Assembly (NCBI GenBank): GCA_051294375.1
Contig: CM119268.1
Span: 8,241,008-8,305,007, forward strand
Source: Paraspadella gotoi
Lineage: Eukaryota; Animalia; Chaetognatha
Direction: 5' to 3'
DNA length: 64,000 bases
How positions within the stretch are numbered: position 1 is the stretch's first letter; every line of letters starts with the position of its first letter. The notes under the pieces are model-generated. The model was not told the origin of the DNA, did not search any database, and was given only the letters and a program-made list of their open reading frames with translations. A program made the translations under genes and the position numbers. Of this stretch, positions 38,531-50,690 are shown piece by piece.

Positions 38531-41327
38531 ATCAGGCAGTGTGGTATGAGATAGGCAGGGAGAGGAAGGAGCAGGGCGTTAACCTGGAGGTCTTGTTAGA
38601 AAATCAGGCGAGTGTGTATGAGATAGGCAGGGCGAGAGGAAGGAGCAGGGGCGTTAACCTGGAGTTCTTTTATTAGAAAATCAGGCAGTGTGTATGAGAT
38701 AGGCAGGACGAGAGGAAGGAGCAGGGCCGTTAACCTGGAGGTCTTTTAGAAAAATCAGGCAGTGTGTATGAGATACGCAGGGAGCAGGAAGGAGCAGGCG
38801 TTAACCTGGAGTCTTTTTTGAAAATCGAGGCAGTGTGTATGAGATAGCAGGGAGAGGAAGGAGCAGGGCGTAAACCTGGAGGTCTTTTTAGAAAATCAGG
38901 CAGTGTGTATGAGATAGGAGGAAAGGAGGAAGCAGGCGTTAACCTGGAGGTCTTTTTTAGAAAATCAGGCAGTGTGTATGAGATAGGCAGGGAGAGGAAG
39001 GAGCAGGGCGTTAACTGGAGGTCTTTTTAGAATAATCAGCAGTGTTATGAGATAGGCAGGGAAGAGGAAGGAGCAGGGCGGTTAACCTGGAGGTCTTTTT
39101 AGAAAATCAGGCAGTGTGTATGAGAATAGGCAGGAGAGGAAGGCAGCAGGGGTTAACCTGAGGTCTTTTTAGCAAAATCAGGCAGTGTTATGAGATACGG
39201 CAGGGAGAGAAGGAGCAGCGGCGTTAACCGGAGTCTTTTTAGAAAATCGGCAGTGTGTATGAGATAGCAGGGAGAGGAAGGAGCAGGGCGTTAACCTGGA
39301 GAGTCTTTTTAGAAAAATCAGGGCAGTGTGTATGAGATAGGCAGAGGAGCAGGAAAGGAGCAGGGCGTTAACCTGGAGGTCTTTTTAGAAAATCAGGCAG
39401 TGTTTATGAGTAGGCAGGGAGAGGAAGGAGCAGGGCGTTAACCTGGAGGTCTTTTTAGAAAATCAGGCAGTGTGTATGAGATAGGCAGGGAGAGGGAAGG
39501 CAGCAGGGCGTTAACCTGGGAGTCTTTTTTAGGAAAATCAGGCAGTGTGTATGAGTGAGGCAGGAGAGAAGAGCAGGCGTTTAACCTGGAGCGTCTTTTT
39601 AGAAAATCAGGCAGTGTGTATGAGATAGGCAGGGAGAAGGAAGGAGCAGGGCGTTAACCTGGAGGTCTTTTAGAAAATCAGGCAAGTCCTGTGTATTGAG
39701 ATAGGCAGGGAGAGAATGGACAGGGCGTAACCTGGAGGTGCTTTTTAGAAAAATCAGGCAGTCGTTGTATGAGATAGCAGGGAGAGCGAAGGACGCAGGC
39801 GTTAACCTTGGAGGTCTTTTTAGAAAATCAGGCATGTGTTGTGTAATGGAGATAGGCAGGGACGACGCGAAGACAGCGGCGGTTCAACCTGGAGGTTTTT
39901 TAGAAAATCAGGCAGTGTTGTATGAGATAGGCAGGGAGAGGAAGGAGCCAGGGCGTTAACCTGGAGGTCTTTTTAGAAAATCAGGCAGTGTGTATGCAGA
40001 ATAGGCAGGCGAGAGGAAGAGCAGGGCGTTAACCTGGAGGTCTTTTTAGAAAATCATGGCAGTGTGTATGAGATAGGCAGGAGAGGAAGGAGCACGGGCG
40101 TAACCTGGAGGTCTTTTTAGAAAATCAGGCAGTGTGTATGAGCATAGGCAGGGAGTAGAAGGAGCAGGCGTTAACCTGGAGGTCTTTTTAGAAAATCAGG
40201 CAGTGTGTATGAGATAGGCAGGTGAGAGAAGGAGCAGGGCGTTTAACCTGGAGAGTCTTTTTAGAAAAATTTTCAAGGCAGTGTGATGAGCATAGGCAGG
40301 GAGAGGAAGGAGCAGGGCGTAACCTGGAGGTCTTTTTTATGAAAATCAGGCAGTGTGTATGAGATAGGCAAGGAGAGGAAGGAGCAGGGCAGGTTACCTG
40401 GACGGTCTTTTTAGAAAATCCAGGCAGTGTGCTATGAGATAGGGCAGGCGAGAGGAAGGAGCAGGGCGTTAACCTGGAGGTCTTTTAGAAATTCAGGCAG
40501 TGGTGTATGCACGATAGGGCAGGGACGAGGAAGCGAGCAGGGCGTTAACCTGGAGGTTCTTTTTAGAAAAATCAGGGCAGTTTGTGTATGCAGATAGGCA
40601 GGGAGAGGAAGGAGCAGGTCGTTAACCTGGAGTCTTTTTAGAAAAATCAGGCAGTGTGTATTGAGATAGGCAGGGAGAGAGGAAGGAGCAGGGCTTAACC
40701 TGGAGGTCTTTTTAGCAAAATCACGGCAGTGCTGTATGAGATAGCAGGGCGAGCAGGAAGAGCAGGGCCGTTAACCTGGAGGTCTTTTTAGAAAATCAGC
40801 AGTGTGGTATGAAGATAGGCAGGAGAGAGAAGGGAGCAGCGCGCGTTAACCTGGAGTCTTTTTAGAAAATCACGGCAGTGTGTATGAGATAGGCAGGAGA
40901 GGAAGGAGCAGGGCGGTTAACCTGGAGTCTTTTTAGAAAATCAGCAATGTGTAAAAATGAAGATAGGCAGGAGAGAAGGCAGGCAGGCGTTAACCTGGAG
41001 GTCTTTTAGAAAAAATCAGCAGTGTGTATGCAGATAGGCAGGGGAGAGGAAAGGAGCAGGCGTTATACCTGGAGAGTCTTTTTTTAGGAAAATCAGGCAG
41101 TGTGTATGCAGATAGGCAGGGAAGGAAGGAGCAGGGGCGTTTAACCTGGAGTCTTTTTTAGAAAATCAGGCAGTGTTGTATGCAGCATAGGCAGGGAGAG
41201 GAAGAGCAGGGCGTTAACCTGGAGGTCTTTTTTAGAAAAAATCAGGCAGTGATGTATGAGATAGGCAGGGAGAAGGAAGGAGCAGGCCGTTAACCTGGAG
41301 GTCTTTTAGAAAATCAAGGGCAGTGTG
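38531..41327 (-). repeat. 71-bp minisatellite, about 38-39 copies
   Basis: Minus-strand consensus GTTAACGCCCTGCTCCTTCCTCTCCCTGCCTATCTCATACACACTGCCTGATTTTCTAAAAAGACCTCCAG. Copies differ mainly by scattered indels. Confidence 0.97.
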
Positions 41328-42212
41328 CCCCCCCCCGCTCCCATTTTTTGTCTTATCTCTGATCTTCAAGTCGCAACGGAAAATGAAACCGTAATCGATT
41401 TCCCGCCAAAAAATTCCGGCGAATCCGAATAGACGCGACTCTCGGCTTTGGGCGCGGGGCTGACTGGAGCTGAAGGAGGCTGACCCGTGTTAGAGAGAGA
41501 GAGAGAGCAGAGAGAGAGCAGGAGAGAAAAATATTGCCTAGCAAGGGGGATAAAACTCACCCTGAGGAAGTGAAGGACTAGATTTTTCAAAAAAATATTG
41601 GGCAATGGATTTGATAAAAAAAAAATTGATTGGATTTTGGGACAGGATTGCATAAAGAAGTGTTGCGGATTTGGGAGGATTCTGTAGAAATAGATTATAT
41701 TAGATTTATTGAGAAATGAATGGGATTGATGAGAGGGGATTGTATTATAAAAATCATGGTGGATGATTTGAGGGGTGGGAGTTATCGAGGGATGGACCGG
41801 AGAGGAGAACAGCTGTGGTTTGGAAGGCAGTGCCAAACGGAGAAAAAAGCTCCTTTCGGATGGATCTGTGTAACAGGAAAATAAAAAGTGGAAATACGCT
41901 GTCCCTTTACAAATAGAAGCTTTGAAAGAGGCGATGAAAATCTTTGATAAAAACAAAGAGTTACTAAGACTAAAAAAATTGACTCTAATAGCGACTCGAT
42001 TAAGTTCGCTCTCCGAAGAGAAACCCACCATTTTTTTGTTTATTTACTTCCTTCACACTTTGTTTTATTTAACACTCTCACTTCACCCTTTTCTCTCCTA
42101 CCTCGGATACTCACCTAACTCACCCCTTACTTCACCCCTGCAACCGACGCTTCCCCTCACTAGAGGCGCTTACTTCCAACAACAGACGCTTTCTCCACGC
42201 GCTCTCGCTTAC

Positions 42213-42290
42213 CTCATTTTGTTGTAATTGATTTGAATCCCGGTTTGCTCTTCCTTCTCCTTCCAATGGGCCCACACGCAGATGGTGTAC
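42213..42290 (-). CDS. FN3 gene exon 5 (RYTICVWAHWKEKEEQTGIQINYNKM)
   Basis: ttgcag|...GAG|gtaagc; 78 bp; phase 2-2. FN3 F-strand Y-x-I-x-V-x-A. Confidence 0.88.
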
Positions 42291-42982
42291 CTGCAATGGA
42301 ATCGACGTCAACAATGTTTCCAGATGCTTCTTTCTTGTGATCGTCTTAATCGTCATCGTCGCCGTTAACGTCTATGTCGTCGTCGTCGTCTTTATGGTCG
42401 TCGTCGTCGTATTCGTTATATCGTCGCCATCATCGTCGCCGATATTGTCGTCGTCATCGTCTTCACCGCATCGCTCACGGGTCATCGATCGCTGACATCG
42501 GCCAAGGCCGTCGTCGTCGTTGTCGTCGTCGTCTCTTTCTTCTTCGTCGTCGTCGTCGTCTTTTTCTTCGTCGTCGTCGTCTAATCCTCGTCGTTCGCCC
42601 ATGTCTAGCTTTCATTAGTCGTCGTCATCGTCATCGACGATCGTCAACTCTATCTTCTTCGTCGTCTGGTCGTCCTTTCTTCGTCTGTCGTCGTCGTCAA
42701 CTCTATTTTTCTTTCTTCGTCGTCGTCGTCTCTTTCTTCGTTCGTCGTCGTCGTCGTCGTCTCTCTTTTCTTCGTCATCGTCGTCGTCTCTTCTTCGTCG
42801 GATAACAGACCTTTCCAACCCAGAATCTCTCCTCTTNNNNNNNNNNNNNNNNNNNNNNNNNTCTTCGTCGTCGTCGTCGTCGTCGTCTCTTTCTTCGTCA
42901 TCGTCGTCGTCTCTTTCTTCGTCGTCGACCTTTCAACCCGAAAAATATGAGTCGACGCAATTCTGCGTCACGTCGATGCCAA

Positions 42983-43027
42983 TCATCATCCTCATCATCA
43001 TAATCATCATCATCGTCATCATCATTG

Positions 43028-43091
<64 letters not shown>
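42983..43091. repeat. (CAT)n microsatellite abutting a splice donor
   Basis: Direct observation. Confidence 0.95.
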
Positions 43092-43093
<2 letters not shown>

Positions 43094-43097
43094 CTAC

Positions 43098-43207
43098 CTC
43101 ATGCCGCGATCGAGATTCTGCAGAGTGTAGGTGTATTTGTTCAAAGCTTTCTTCAAGTCTGGAGACCAATGCTGCTCGGCCGCCACGTCCGTCAGTTGTG
43201 ATGTCAC
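43098..43207 (-). CDS. FN3 gene exon 4 (VTSQLTDVAAEQHWSPDLKKALNKYTYTLQNLDRGMR)
   Basis: catcag|...GAG|gtaggg; 110 bp; phase 0-2. Joins exon 5 to give the FN3 tyrosine-corner motif YTLQNLDRGMRYTICV. Confidence 0.9.
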
Positions 43208-43938
43208 CTGATGTCAGAAGGGATTTCTATCACCTTTTTTAAATATGGGTACATATGTTTTTTTCGTTCTTTCTTTCATTCTTTTATTTTTTTCTCTTNN
43301 NNNNNNNNNNNNNNNNNNNNNNNNNNNNNNNNNNNNNNNNNNNNNNNNNNNNNNNNNNNNNNNNNNNNNNNNNNNNNNNNNNNNNNNNNNNNNNNNNNNN
43401 NNNNNNNNNNNNNNNNNNNNNNNNNNNNNNNNNNNNNNNNNNNNNNNNNNNNNNNNNNNNNNNNNNNNNNNNNNNNNNNNNNNNNNNNNNNNNNNNNNNN
43501 NNNNNNNNNNNNNNNNNNNNNNNNNNNNNNNNNNNNNNNNNNNNNNNNNNNNNNNNNNNNNNNNNNNNNNNNNNNNNNNNNNNNNNNNNNNNNNNNNNNN
43601 NNNNNNNNNNNNNNNNNNNNNNNNNNNNNNNNNNNNNNNNNNNNNNNNNNNNNNNNNNNNNNNNNNNNNNNNNNNNNNNNNNNNNNNNNNNNNNNNNNNN
43701 NNNNNNNNNNNNNNNNNNNNNNNNNNNNNNNNNNNNNNNNNNNNNNNNNNNNNNNNNNNNNNNNNNNNNNNNNNNNNNNNNNNNTATTTTTGAGAAACTA
43801 ATCAACGCAGAAAAACTCGAGGATTGATTTAATTTGACAGTCGCACGTTATAAACAAACAAAACATACTATTATTACAATACTTTTATATACGGTTTTAA
43901 GTTTGTATAAGTCCATCTGTTCAACGTTTCCATCTTAC

Positions 43939-44060
43939 CTGGAAATACTCCAGTTTGGTTGTGTCGATCGGGAACTGAGGTCCGAGTTCCCAACGAATCG
44001 CGATGGAATAAGCGGTGACATCAGTGACGTGAATCTTAAGCTCCTTCGACTTGGGTCCGC
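43939..44060 (-). CDS. FN3 gene exon 3 (GGPKSKELKIHVTDVTAYSIAIRWELGPQFPIDTTKLEYFQ)
   Basis: atcccag|...CAG|gtaaga; 122 bp; phase 1-0. FN3 A/B strands V-T-x-x-S-I-x-I-x-W. Confidence 0.9.
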
Positions 44061-44065
44061 CTGGG

Positions 44066-44075
44066 ATAGATAGAC

Positions 44076-44164
<89 letters not shown>
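44066..44164. repeat. (GATA)n microsatellite immediately upstream of the exon 3 acceptor
   Basis: Direct observation. Confidence 0.95.
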
Positions 44165-44165
<1 letters not shown>

Positions 44166-44272
44166 AAAGATAGTTTACGTACTCCAATAAAAACAATAAT
44201 GGCCGATGGGGATCCGCTTAACGGGTGCCATTTAATTCAAAATCTTTAAAAGTGGTAATTACAGAGCATAAA

Positions 44273-44374
<102 letters not shown>

Positions 44375-44580
44375 GTACCATTTTTATATCCCATTCAATT
44401 TTTGATGGTTTTTTTTCGAAAGGAACTTCATCGACGATCCATTGTCAGGAGAAAAATGAAAAACCATCTCTTAACATTTCACAAACCTTTTTTTTTTCTT
44501 CTCCTCCCCACCTTTTCTTCACAGAAACCCCCACTAACTTACCATCACCCCCGGTCCATCAACTCTCCTTTCACACTTAC

Positions 44581-44676
44581 CCGACAAAGAGTCTTCGATA
44601 AGGTTAGGTATCGCTCGCCCGCCTCCTGAGCGGGTGGGTTTCGAATCCGTGTTATCCACTGCGATGGAGGGTGGGC
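44581..44676 (-). CDS. FN3 gene exon 2 (GPPSIAVDNTDSKPTRSGGGRAIPNLIEDSLS)
   Basis: ctctccaacag|...CGG|gtaagt; 96 bp; phase 1-1; open frame compatible with both neighbours. Confidence 0.8.
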
Positions 44677-44888
44677 CTGTTGGAGAGGCGATGGGAGGTA
44701 AGATAAGTGGAAAGAGGAACAGATGGCGATAGATAGGGGGGGAAGGTGTCAGAAATAGGGTGGTGAAATAGGGGTGTAACAGATATTAGACAAGGGGTGT
44801 TAAAAGGAAAAATAACTAATGCTTTTTGTTTAGGAATTTTCTAGCCCAGTTTATTTTTTGTTCCTATGTTTGTTTACTTTCTCTACAT

Positions 44889-45500
44889 TAAGGCGTAGTG
44901 AAAGTTACATACGAAAATTCTAAAAGTCAATTATGAACAACATACCATCAGTGAACATTAATTTGTAAAAAAAATTCATTTTATGTTTTTTAATTTTCGT
45001 AGTAGGCTATATTTATATATAGTACTATCCTTATAAAATCAAAAATTTTCAAAATAGGCTTTTCTTAATTTTGATTGCAGATTTGAATTCCTCGTCAAAA
45101 GTTGATAGAAGAAAATATAAATCATTTTTAAAAATTCTTTCATTAAGTTGGTTAAAAATTAAAAAAACTATATTTAACATATAAAAAGTTAATTTTCAGC
45201 TTAAAATATAGCTTTTTTAAATTTTTGACCCACTTAATGAAGGAATTTTTCAAAAAGAATTATATTTCTTTTTATCAACTTTTTATGACGAATCTAAATC
45301 TGCCAAAAAATCTAAGAAAAAACTGTTTTAAAATTTTAACATTTATTGATTTAGTACTAGTATAAATATGGCCTACTGCGTAAATTATAAAATTTATTAT
45401 AAATTTTTTTATTACATAGATGTTCATTAGTATAATTTTGTTTGTTCCTCACTTTTAGAATTTTAATTAAAGTTAAATTTAGAAATTTTACTACGCCTTA
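44889..45500. mobile_element. 612-bp non-autonomous foldback MITE, hAT-like
   Basis: TIR TAAGGCGTAGT(G/A)AAA at both ends. Perfect 8-bp TSD CTCTACAT at 44881-44888 and 45501-45508. Long internal inverted similarity (about 44998-45150 vs 45240-45380). Confidence 0.9.
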
Positions 45501-45535
45501 CTCTACATGTTTGTTCATTTTTTTTTTTCTTTTAC

Positions 45536-45758
45536 CTCCAGCAGAGACGGACCCGGCGACGAGGAGAAACAAGAAGGCAATCCATGATTTTTTTCCTCTG
45601 CGGCCGAAAGAGGTCGTTCTTGGAGACAGCGACGAGGACGACGACCGCGTTGCGACGGTAACGCCTCTTTCGACGCCTTCGTCGGCGGCAGTCGTGGCGC
45701 CCCGCGTATTAGACTGACGGGATTGGGTCGGGATTTCGGGGCGAACAAACGATTCCAT
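45536..45758 (-). CDS. FN3 gene first coding exon ending in a signal-peptide-like segment (…RRGKKSWIAFLFLLVAGSVSAG); start codon uncertain
   Basis: aaccATGG start context at 45758, open frame, and donor GAG|gtaaaa (phase 1) matching exon 2. The frame is also open upstream to 46106. Confidence 0.65.
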
Positions 45759-47736
45759 GGTTAAGATTTGGTCGTCGAAATTGTTGTTGTTGTCGTCGTT
45801 GTGGTTGTTGTCGTCGTTGTTGTTGCGGCTCCAGTCGCGACGTCTGGCGGAGACGACGAAGGGTCCTTCGGGGTCGTCTTGGTTTCCCCGGCCTATTTTT
45901 CCAATGACGCCCCCGGCGTCGGTTTCCGGCACCGAACGCATTTCCGGCGAATTTAGCGCCGATTTTCTCGGCGAAGGGAAAGATCGAAGCGGAGGAGGAG
46001 GAGGAGGAAGAGGAAGGGGATGAGAAGAGGGACGAGGAAGAGGACGAAAAAGAGGAGAATCCAAAGTCAAATGTTTACGTTTTCTCAAAACAAACTCCGC
46101 GCGCATATTTTCTTTATTTTCCCCGCGTCTTTTTTCTTTTTTTTTCTCCCTTTTTTTTTCACTTTAACTCTTAATATCCTTTTTATCTTCTTCTTTTTTG
46201 TTTTTTCTTCGATTTTATTTTCTTCGTATGTTATTTTTTGCCGCGGTTTTTCTTTCTCTTTGATGGAACGGCGAGGAGTTTCTGAAGTGGAAGGAAAGAA
46301 AACAAAGGTTAAATTTGTTGCGTCATATAAACTGCATCTTGTGGCGAATAGAACAACAGAAAATTAAGAACAGAAACAATCATTCTGGCGGTTTTAGAAT
46401 TGTCACCATGTACTACTATAATAGCTGGAAGAACCACAAATTATGTATGATGGAGAATAAAACTTACTAAAATATATTTTCTGTTTAATATTAATAATAA
46501 TCTAAAGTTCTCACAACCCAGTCAATAGCCCTACTTTGCCTATCACCTCATTTGTCCGATTGCCGTTTAACTTTGGCAATTACCCTACTCTTTCAATCAT
46601 TCAATTAGCCTACAGATTGCTCTACTTGTCCTACGACTCCAACGACTCCTTAAACCAATCGCTCCAGTCGCCCTATCGACTCCCATCTGAGAGCCACGCG
46701 TCTGTTTTAACTGGAAGGTGATCTGTTTGTATCCAGACGCTCGTCGTTTGCGATCGAAGAGGATGTTTCGTTTGAATAAAACATGAAGGAAGATTAAGTG
46801 ATCAACAAGAAAAAAAAAGTCGTGGTCGCTTTGGTCTCGCGCTTTCTATTTTTCTTTCTGTCTCCAACTCTGTTTTTTTTTTCTTCTTTTCATTTTCCTC
46901 AAAATTCTATCCCGCTTTGTCAGTCGGTTATCTGCAATTATCTGCAATCCACTATCCGCAATTCTCTTAGCGAAATCCGCCATTGATTATCTGCGGTTCC
47001 CAATAGTAAAATAGCTAAATATTAATTATCTGCGGTTCCCAATCTGCTAAATAGTAAATGCAATACTTTTTTGTGCAGTCTCTTATTTACAAACACTTGG
47101 ACCTATCCTCACTCTGCAATTTCCTATTCTTTTTTTACTTTTAATAATTTTCTATCCTCAATAAGGTATATATGTATAAGGTATATGTGTTTTCCGTAAT
47201 CCTTTAATCGCAAAGCCCATCCTCTTCCACAGCGTCTCCATCGCCTCTTTGCTCTTTTCGTGCACCCCCCCCTCTTACTATCTCATCTCTGTCTCTATCT
47301 CTTCTTTTTTTCTTTAATCGGTTCTTTTTTTAAAAAAGAAAAGAAATCTCCGCCGATGTTTACTGTTTCCTCCTCGCTGAATTTTTCTCTTCTCCTCCTT
47401 CCTCCTCCTCTTCCTCCCTTTCCTTCTTCTCTTCTTCTTTTTGTCCTTGTGTCTTTTCTGTCTTTTCTGTCTTTCTTCTTCCTTTCCTTTTCGTTCTCTT
47501 CTTCCTTCCTCCACTTCTTCAAAGAGCATTGTCTTTCAGTCAATTCCTTTTTCATCTTCTTCCTCCTCCTACTCCTCCAACTCCTCCTCCTCCTCCTCCT
47601 CTTCTTCCTCTTGTTAGTCCCCGATTTCTCATTTTCTCGAGATTCCCCAGAGGAGCGAAATGTTTGACTGTTTAAGTGTCGACAAATTAAGGCGGCGGGC
47701 GTCGGGATTGGAAGACAAACGGGGGTAGGGTCGCGA

Positions 47737-48460
47737 GAAAAGAAAAGTAAAGGAAAAGAAAAAAAAAGAGAAGAAAAGGAAAGGAAAGGAAAAGAAAAGA
47801 AAAGAAAAGAAAAAGAAAAAAAAAAGAAAAGAAAGAAAAGAAAAGGAAAGAGAAAGGAAAGGAAAGGAAAGGGAAAGGAAAGGAAAGGAAAGGAAAGGGA
47901 AAAGGAAAAAAGGAAAGGAAAGAGAAAAGGAAAAAGAAAAGAAAGAGAAGAAGAAAAGAGAAGAAAAGGAAAGGAAAGGAAAGGAAAATAAAAGGAAAAG
48001 AATAAGAGAAGGAAAGAAAAGGAAAGGAAAGGAAAAGAAAAGAAAAGGAAAAGAAAGGAAAAGAAAAGGAGAAGAAAAGAAAAGGATAGGAAAGAAAAGA
48101 AAAGGAAAGGAAATGAAAGTAACAGAAAAGAAAAAGAAAGGAAAAGAAAAAGAGAAGGAAAGTAAAGGAAAGGAAAGGAAAAGAAAAGAAAAAGAAAAGA
48201 AAGGAAAAGAAAAGGAAAAGGATAGGAAAGGAAAGGAAAGGAAAGGAAAGGAAAGGAAAGGAAAGGAAAGGAAAGGAAAGGAAAGGAACAGAAAAGGAAA
48301 AGAAAGGAAAAGAAAAAGAGAAGGAAAGAAAAGGAAAAGAAAGGAAAAGAAAAGAAAAAGAAAAGAAAGGAAAAGAAAAGGAAAGGAAAGGAAAAGAAAA
48401 GGAAAGGAAAGGAAAGGAACAGAAAAGGAAAAGAAAAGAAAGAGAAGGAAAAGAAAAAAC
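47737..48460. repeat. (GAAAA/GGAAA)n purine pentamer microsatellite
   Basis: Direct observation. Confidence 0.95.
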
Positions 48461-50451
48461 CGAGAAACGATAAAAGAATGCATATCGACGGAGAAAGTAA
48501 TCAAACGAATTCCTCTCTCTTTCTTCAAATTAATCACCGAATTCGAAAATAAGAAGAAGAAAAAAAGAAAAGAAAGAAAAAATCAATTAACCCAAATCGA
48601 AGTTGTCGGTCAAGGACGAATTAAAATACGAAAATAATCGGTAAATTGATTAATGCGTTTAACTTTTATAAAATTTATTCTCGGCACTGAAATAGCGATC
48701 GACAATAGATAAGAGGAAATGAAGAACGTCATTAACCAATTCTGTTGGACGTTCGGTTCAACGTCCGACTTTTCCATTGTTTTTTTTTTCTTTTTTTGTT
48801 TTTTTTTTGTTTTTTTTAGTTTTTTTTGCGGACGTTGACTCCGTCTCAGTCAGGGATATATAATCGGATCAGCGACCCCCTTCCTTTTTTTGGTCATCAT
48901 GTCCAAAGGGGGTAGAAAAAAAAGACAGATGCAGAGAGAAAGATTTCTCGGGGAGTGATCGGTGACTCGCGATTGGTTGACGAGCGCTACTCAAAGAAAC
49001 CGCGTCGACCGAGTTTCCTTTTTTTTTCAAAGGATGATGGGGTCAAGGCTGGGGAAGGTGAGGCGATGGCGAATATGAAGGATATATGAAGGATATATAT
49101 GAAGAATATGTTTCTTTGGTAGAAGAAAAAAAAAAGAAAATAAAACCGTGATTCGTAATGTTATTGAAAGTGTGACAGAAAAGAATGATGGAGTGTATGA
49201 TGTGCAGAAAGTTAGAAGAGGTTAAAAGGTACGTTAATGGGTAAGTTCGTGATGAGGCAGCTGGCGAAGTCATTTTAAATTTACTCAAATTTTTTTTTCA
49301 TATTTTTTCTTTGCGGAAACGATTTTTTTTTATATGAGGGGGGGGAAGTCTTTACCTTACCTTCAGACTCACCCGGAGGACGTCATTCCCTCACCCAACC
49401 CCCCCCCCACCCTTGCATTCGTCTCTCGTCGGTTCGTCGATACGAAAAATATGGAAAATACGGAGATAAAAATATCAAAATAAAAAAAAGAAAACTTAAC
49501 GACCGGAAAAATGGAAAGAAAAACTTTTTTTTCCCGCGAAAATATTTCGATAAATTTCTTCACTCTGCAGTCTGCATAAAATAATAATATTTTTTCCCTT
49601 CCGAATTNNNNNNNNNNNNNNNNNNNNNNNNAGAAAGACAAAGTTTATTTGTTTGTGTACAACGATTTTTTTATTTTTTTTTATTTTACATAGGACATGT
49701 TTCGGCTTTATGTATAAGCCTTCATAAGCTAAAAAAAATGTTAAAAATTCCGCTAGTTTCTTTTTTGTGTGTGTGTGTGCGTCTGATGGCGCCACGGGCA
49801 AATTGCGTCTTTGCCGATACAAACCCGATAATAGTTTTTTTTTCTCCAACTTCGTAATTGATTGCGAATATGAATTACGCTCTACGCAGTTAATGATTGT
49901 GAAACGACTTTCCCTAAATTTCAAGAATGAACGCTGAGCGGAAAACCGAATGGAAAGTGGTAAACGATTTTGAAATAGACTACAGATTTGTTATTTTTGG
50001 GGAGAATTTTGTCATCAACCGAAATTTCGCCATTTTTTTTTTCACACCGCCCTTCACACAAATTGCCGCTTGTTGATTAAATGAGATATATTTTGTCGGG
50101 TCAAAGTTTAATCTTGTGAGATTTTAAAACTATTTCGAATTGGATTTTCCTCAGGCAGTAGGAAATATTAAGGTCGTTGTCGAAATTGAAATTTTTTTGT
50201 CCTTCGCAGAGAATATTTACTTACATAATATGTGCGGTAGACCTTGAAAGAAAATTTAAAGTTTTTGATCTCGTTTAGTGGTACGGTAGAAAATTCTCTT
50301 CACCCATGATCATATTTTTTACAATAATCCTCATTAGAAAAAAAATTACAAGTTATGTAAACAAAAACTCATAATAATTCGTCTAGTGAAAGTACTATTT
50401 GTGTCATTAACATCGTCACTGTCTTGGAAAAAATCTAAGTTAATTGGAATC

Positions 50452-50690
50452 TTGTGGCGGTATATTCACACCGCCCCCCGTCCACCATCGTTCAGCCAAA
50501 TCAATTAGCTAAGAGGGGGAACACACCATCCCAGGCGTAGTGTTCCTGCGTTGGCAAAGCGAGACCGTCCTAGGGTAACTGCGCCAGTGACTGGAGGCGT
50601 CACTTAGGGTCGGAAGCCCCCAAAGCCAACAGTGAGATGCCCCATCCCAAATTCCCAATGGGCATCACAGGCAACCCGGCTGTTGCCATG
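50452..50690. repeat. Dispersed GC-rich structured repeat, copy 1
   Basis: Shares conserved blocks with 53133-53375: TTGTGGCGGTATATTCACACCGCC, CAAAGCGAGACCGTCCTAGGGTAAC, GGAGGCGTCACT, AGGGTCGGAAG, TCACAGGCAACCCGGCYGTTGCC. Confidence 0.9.

Noticed and set aside
47629-48637. 302-aa and 174-aa ORFs
   Set aside because: Pentamer microsatellite; no complexity or splice context.
49350-49445. Two minus-strand donor-like sites (gtgagt, gtaagg) as a 5' UTR exon of the FN3 gene
   Set aside because: Plausible but with no independent support.
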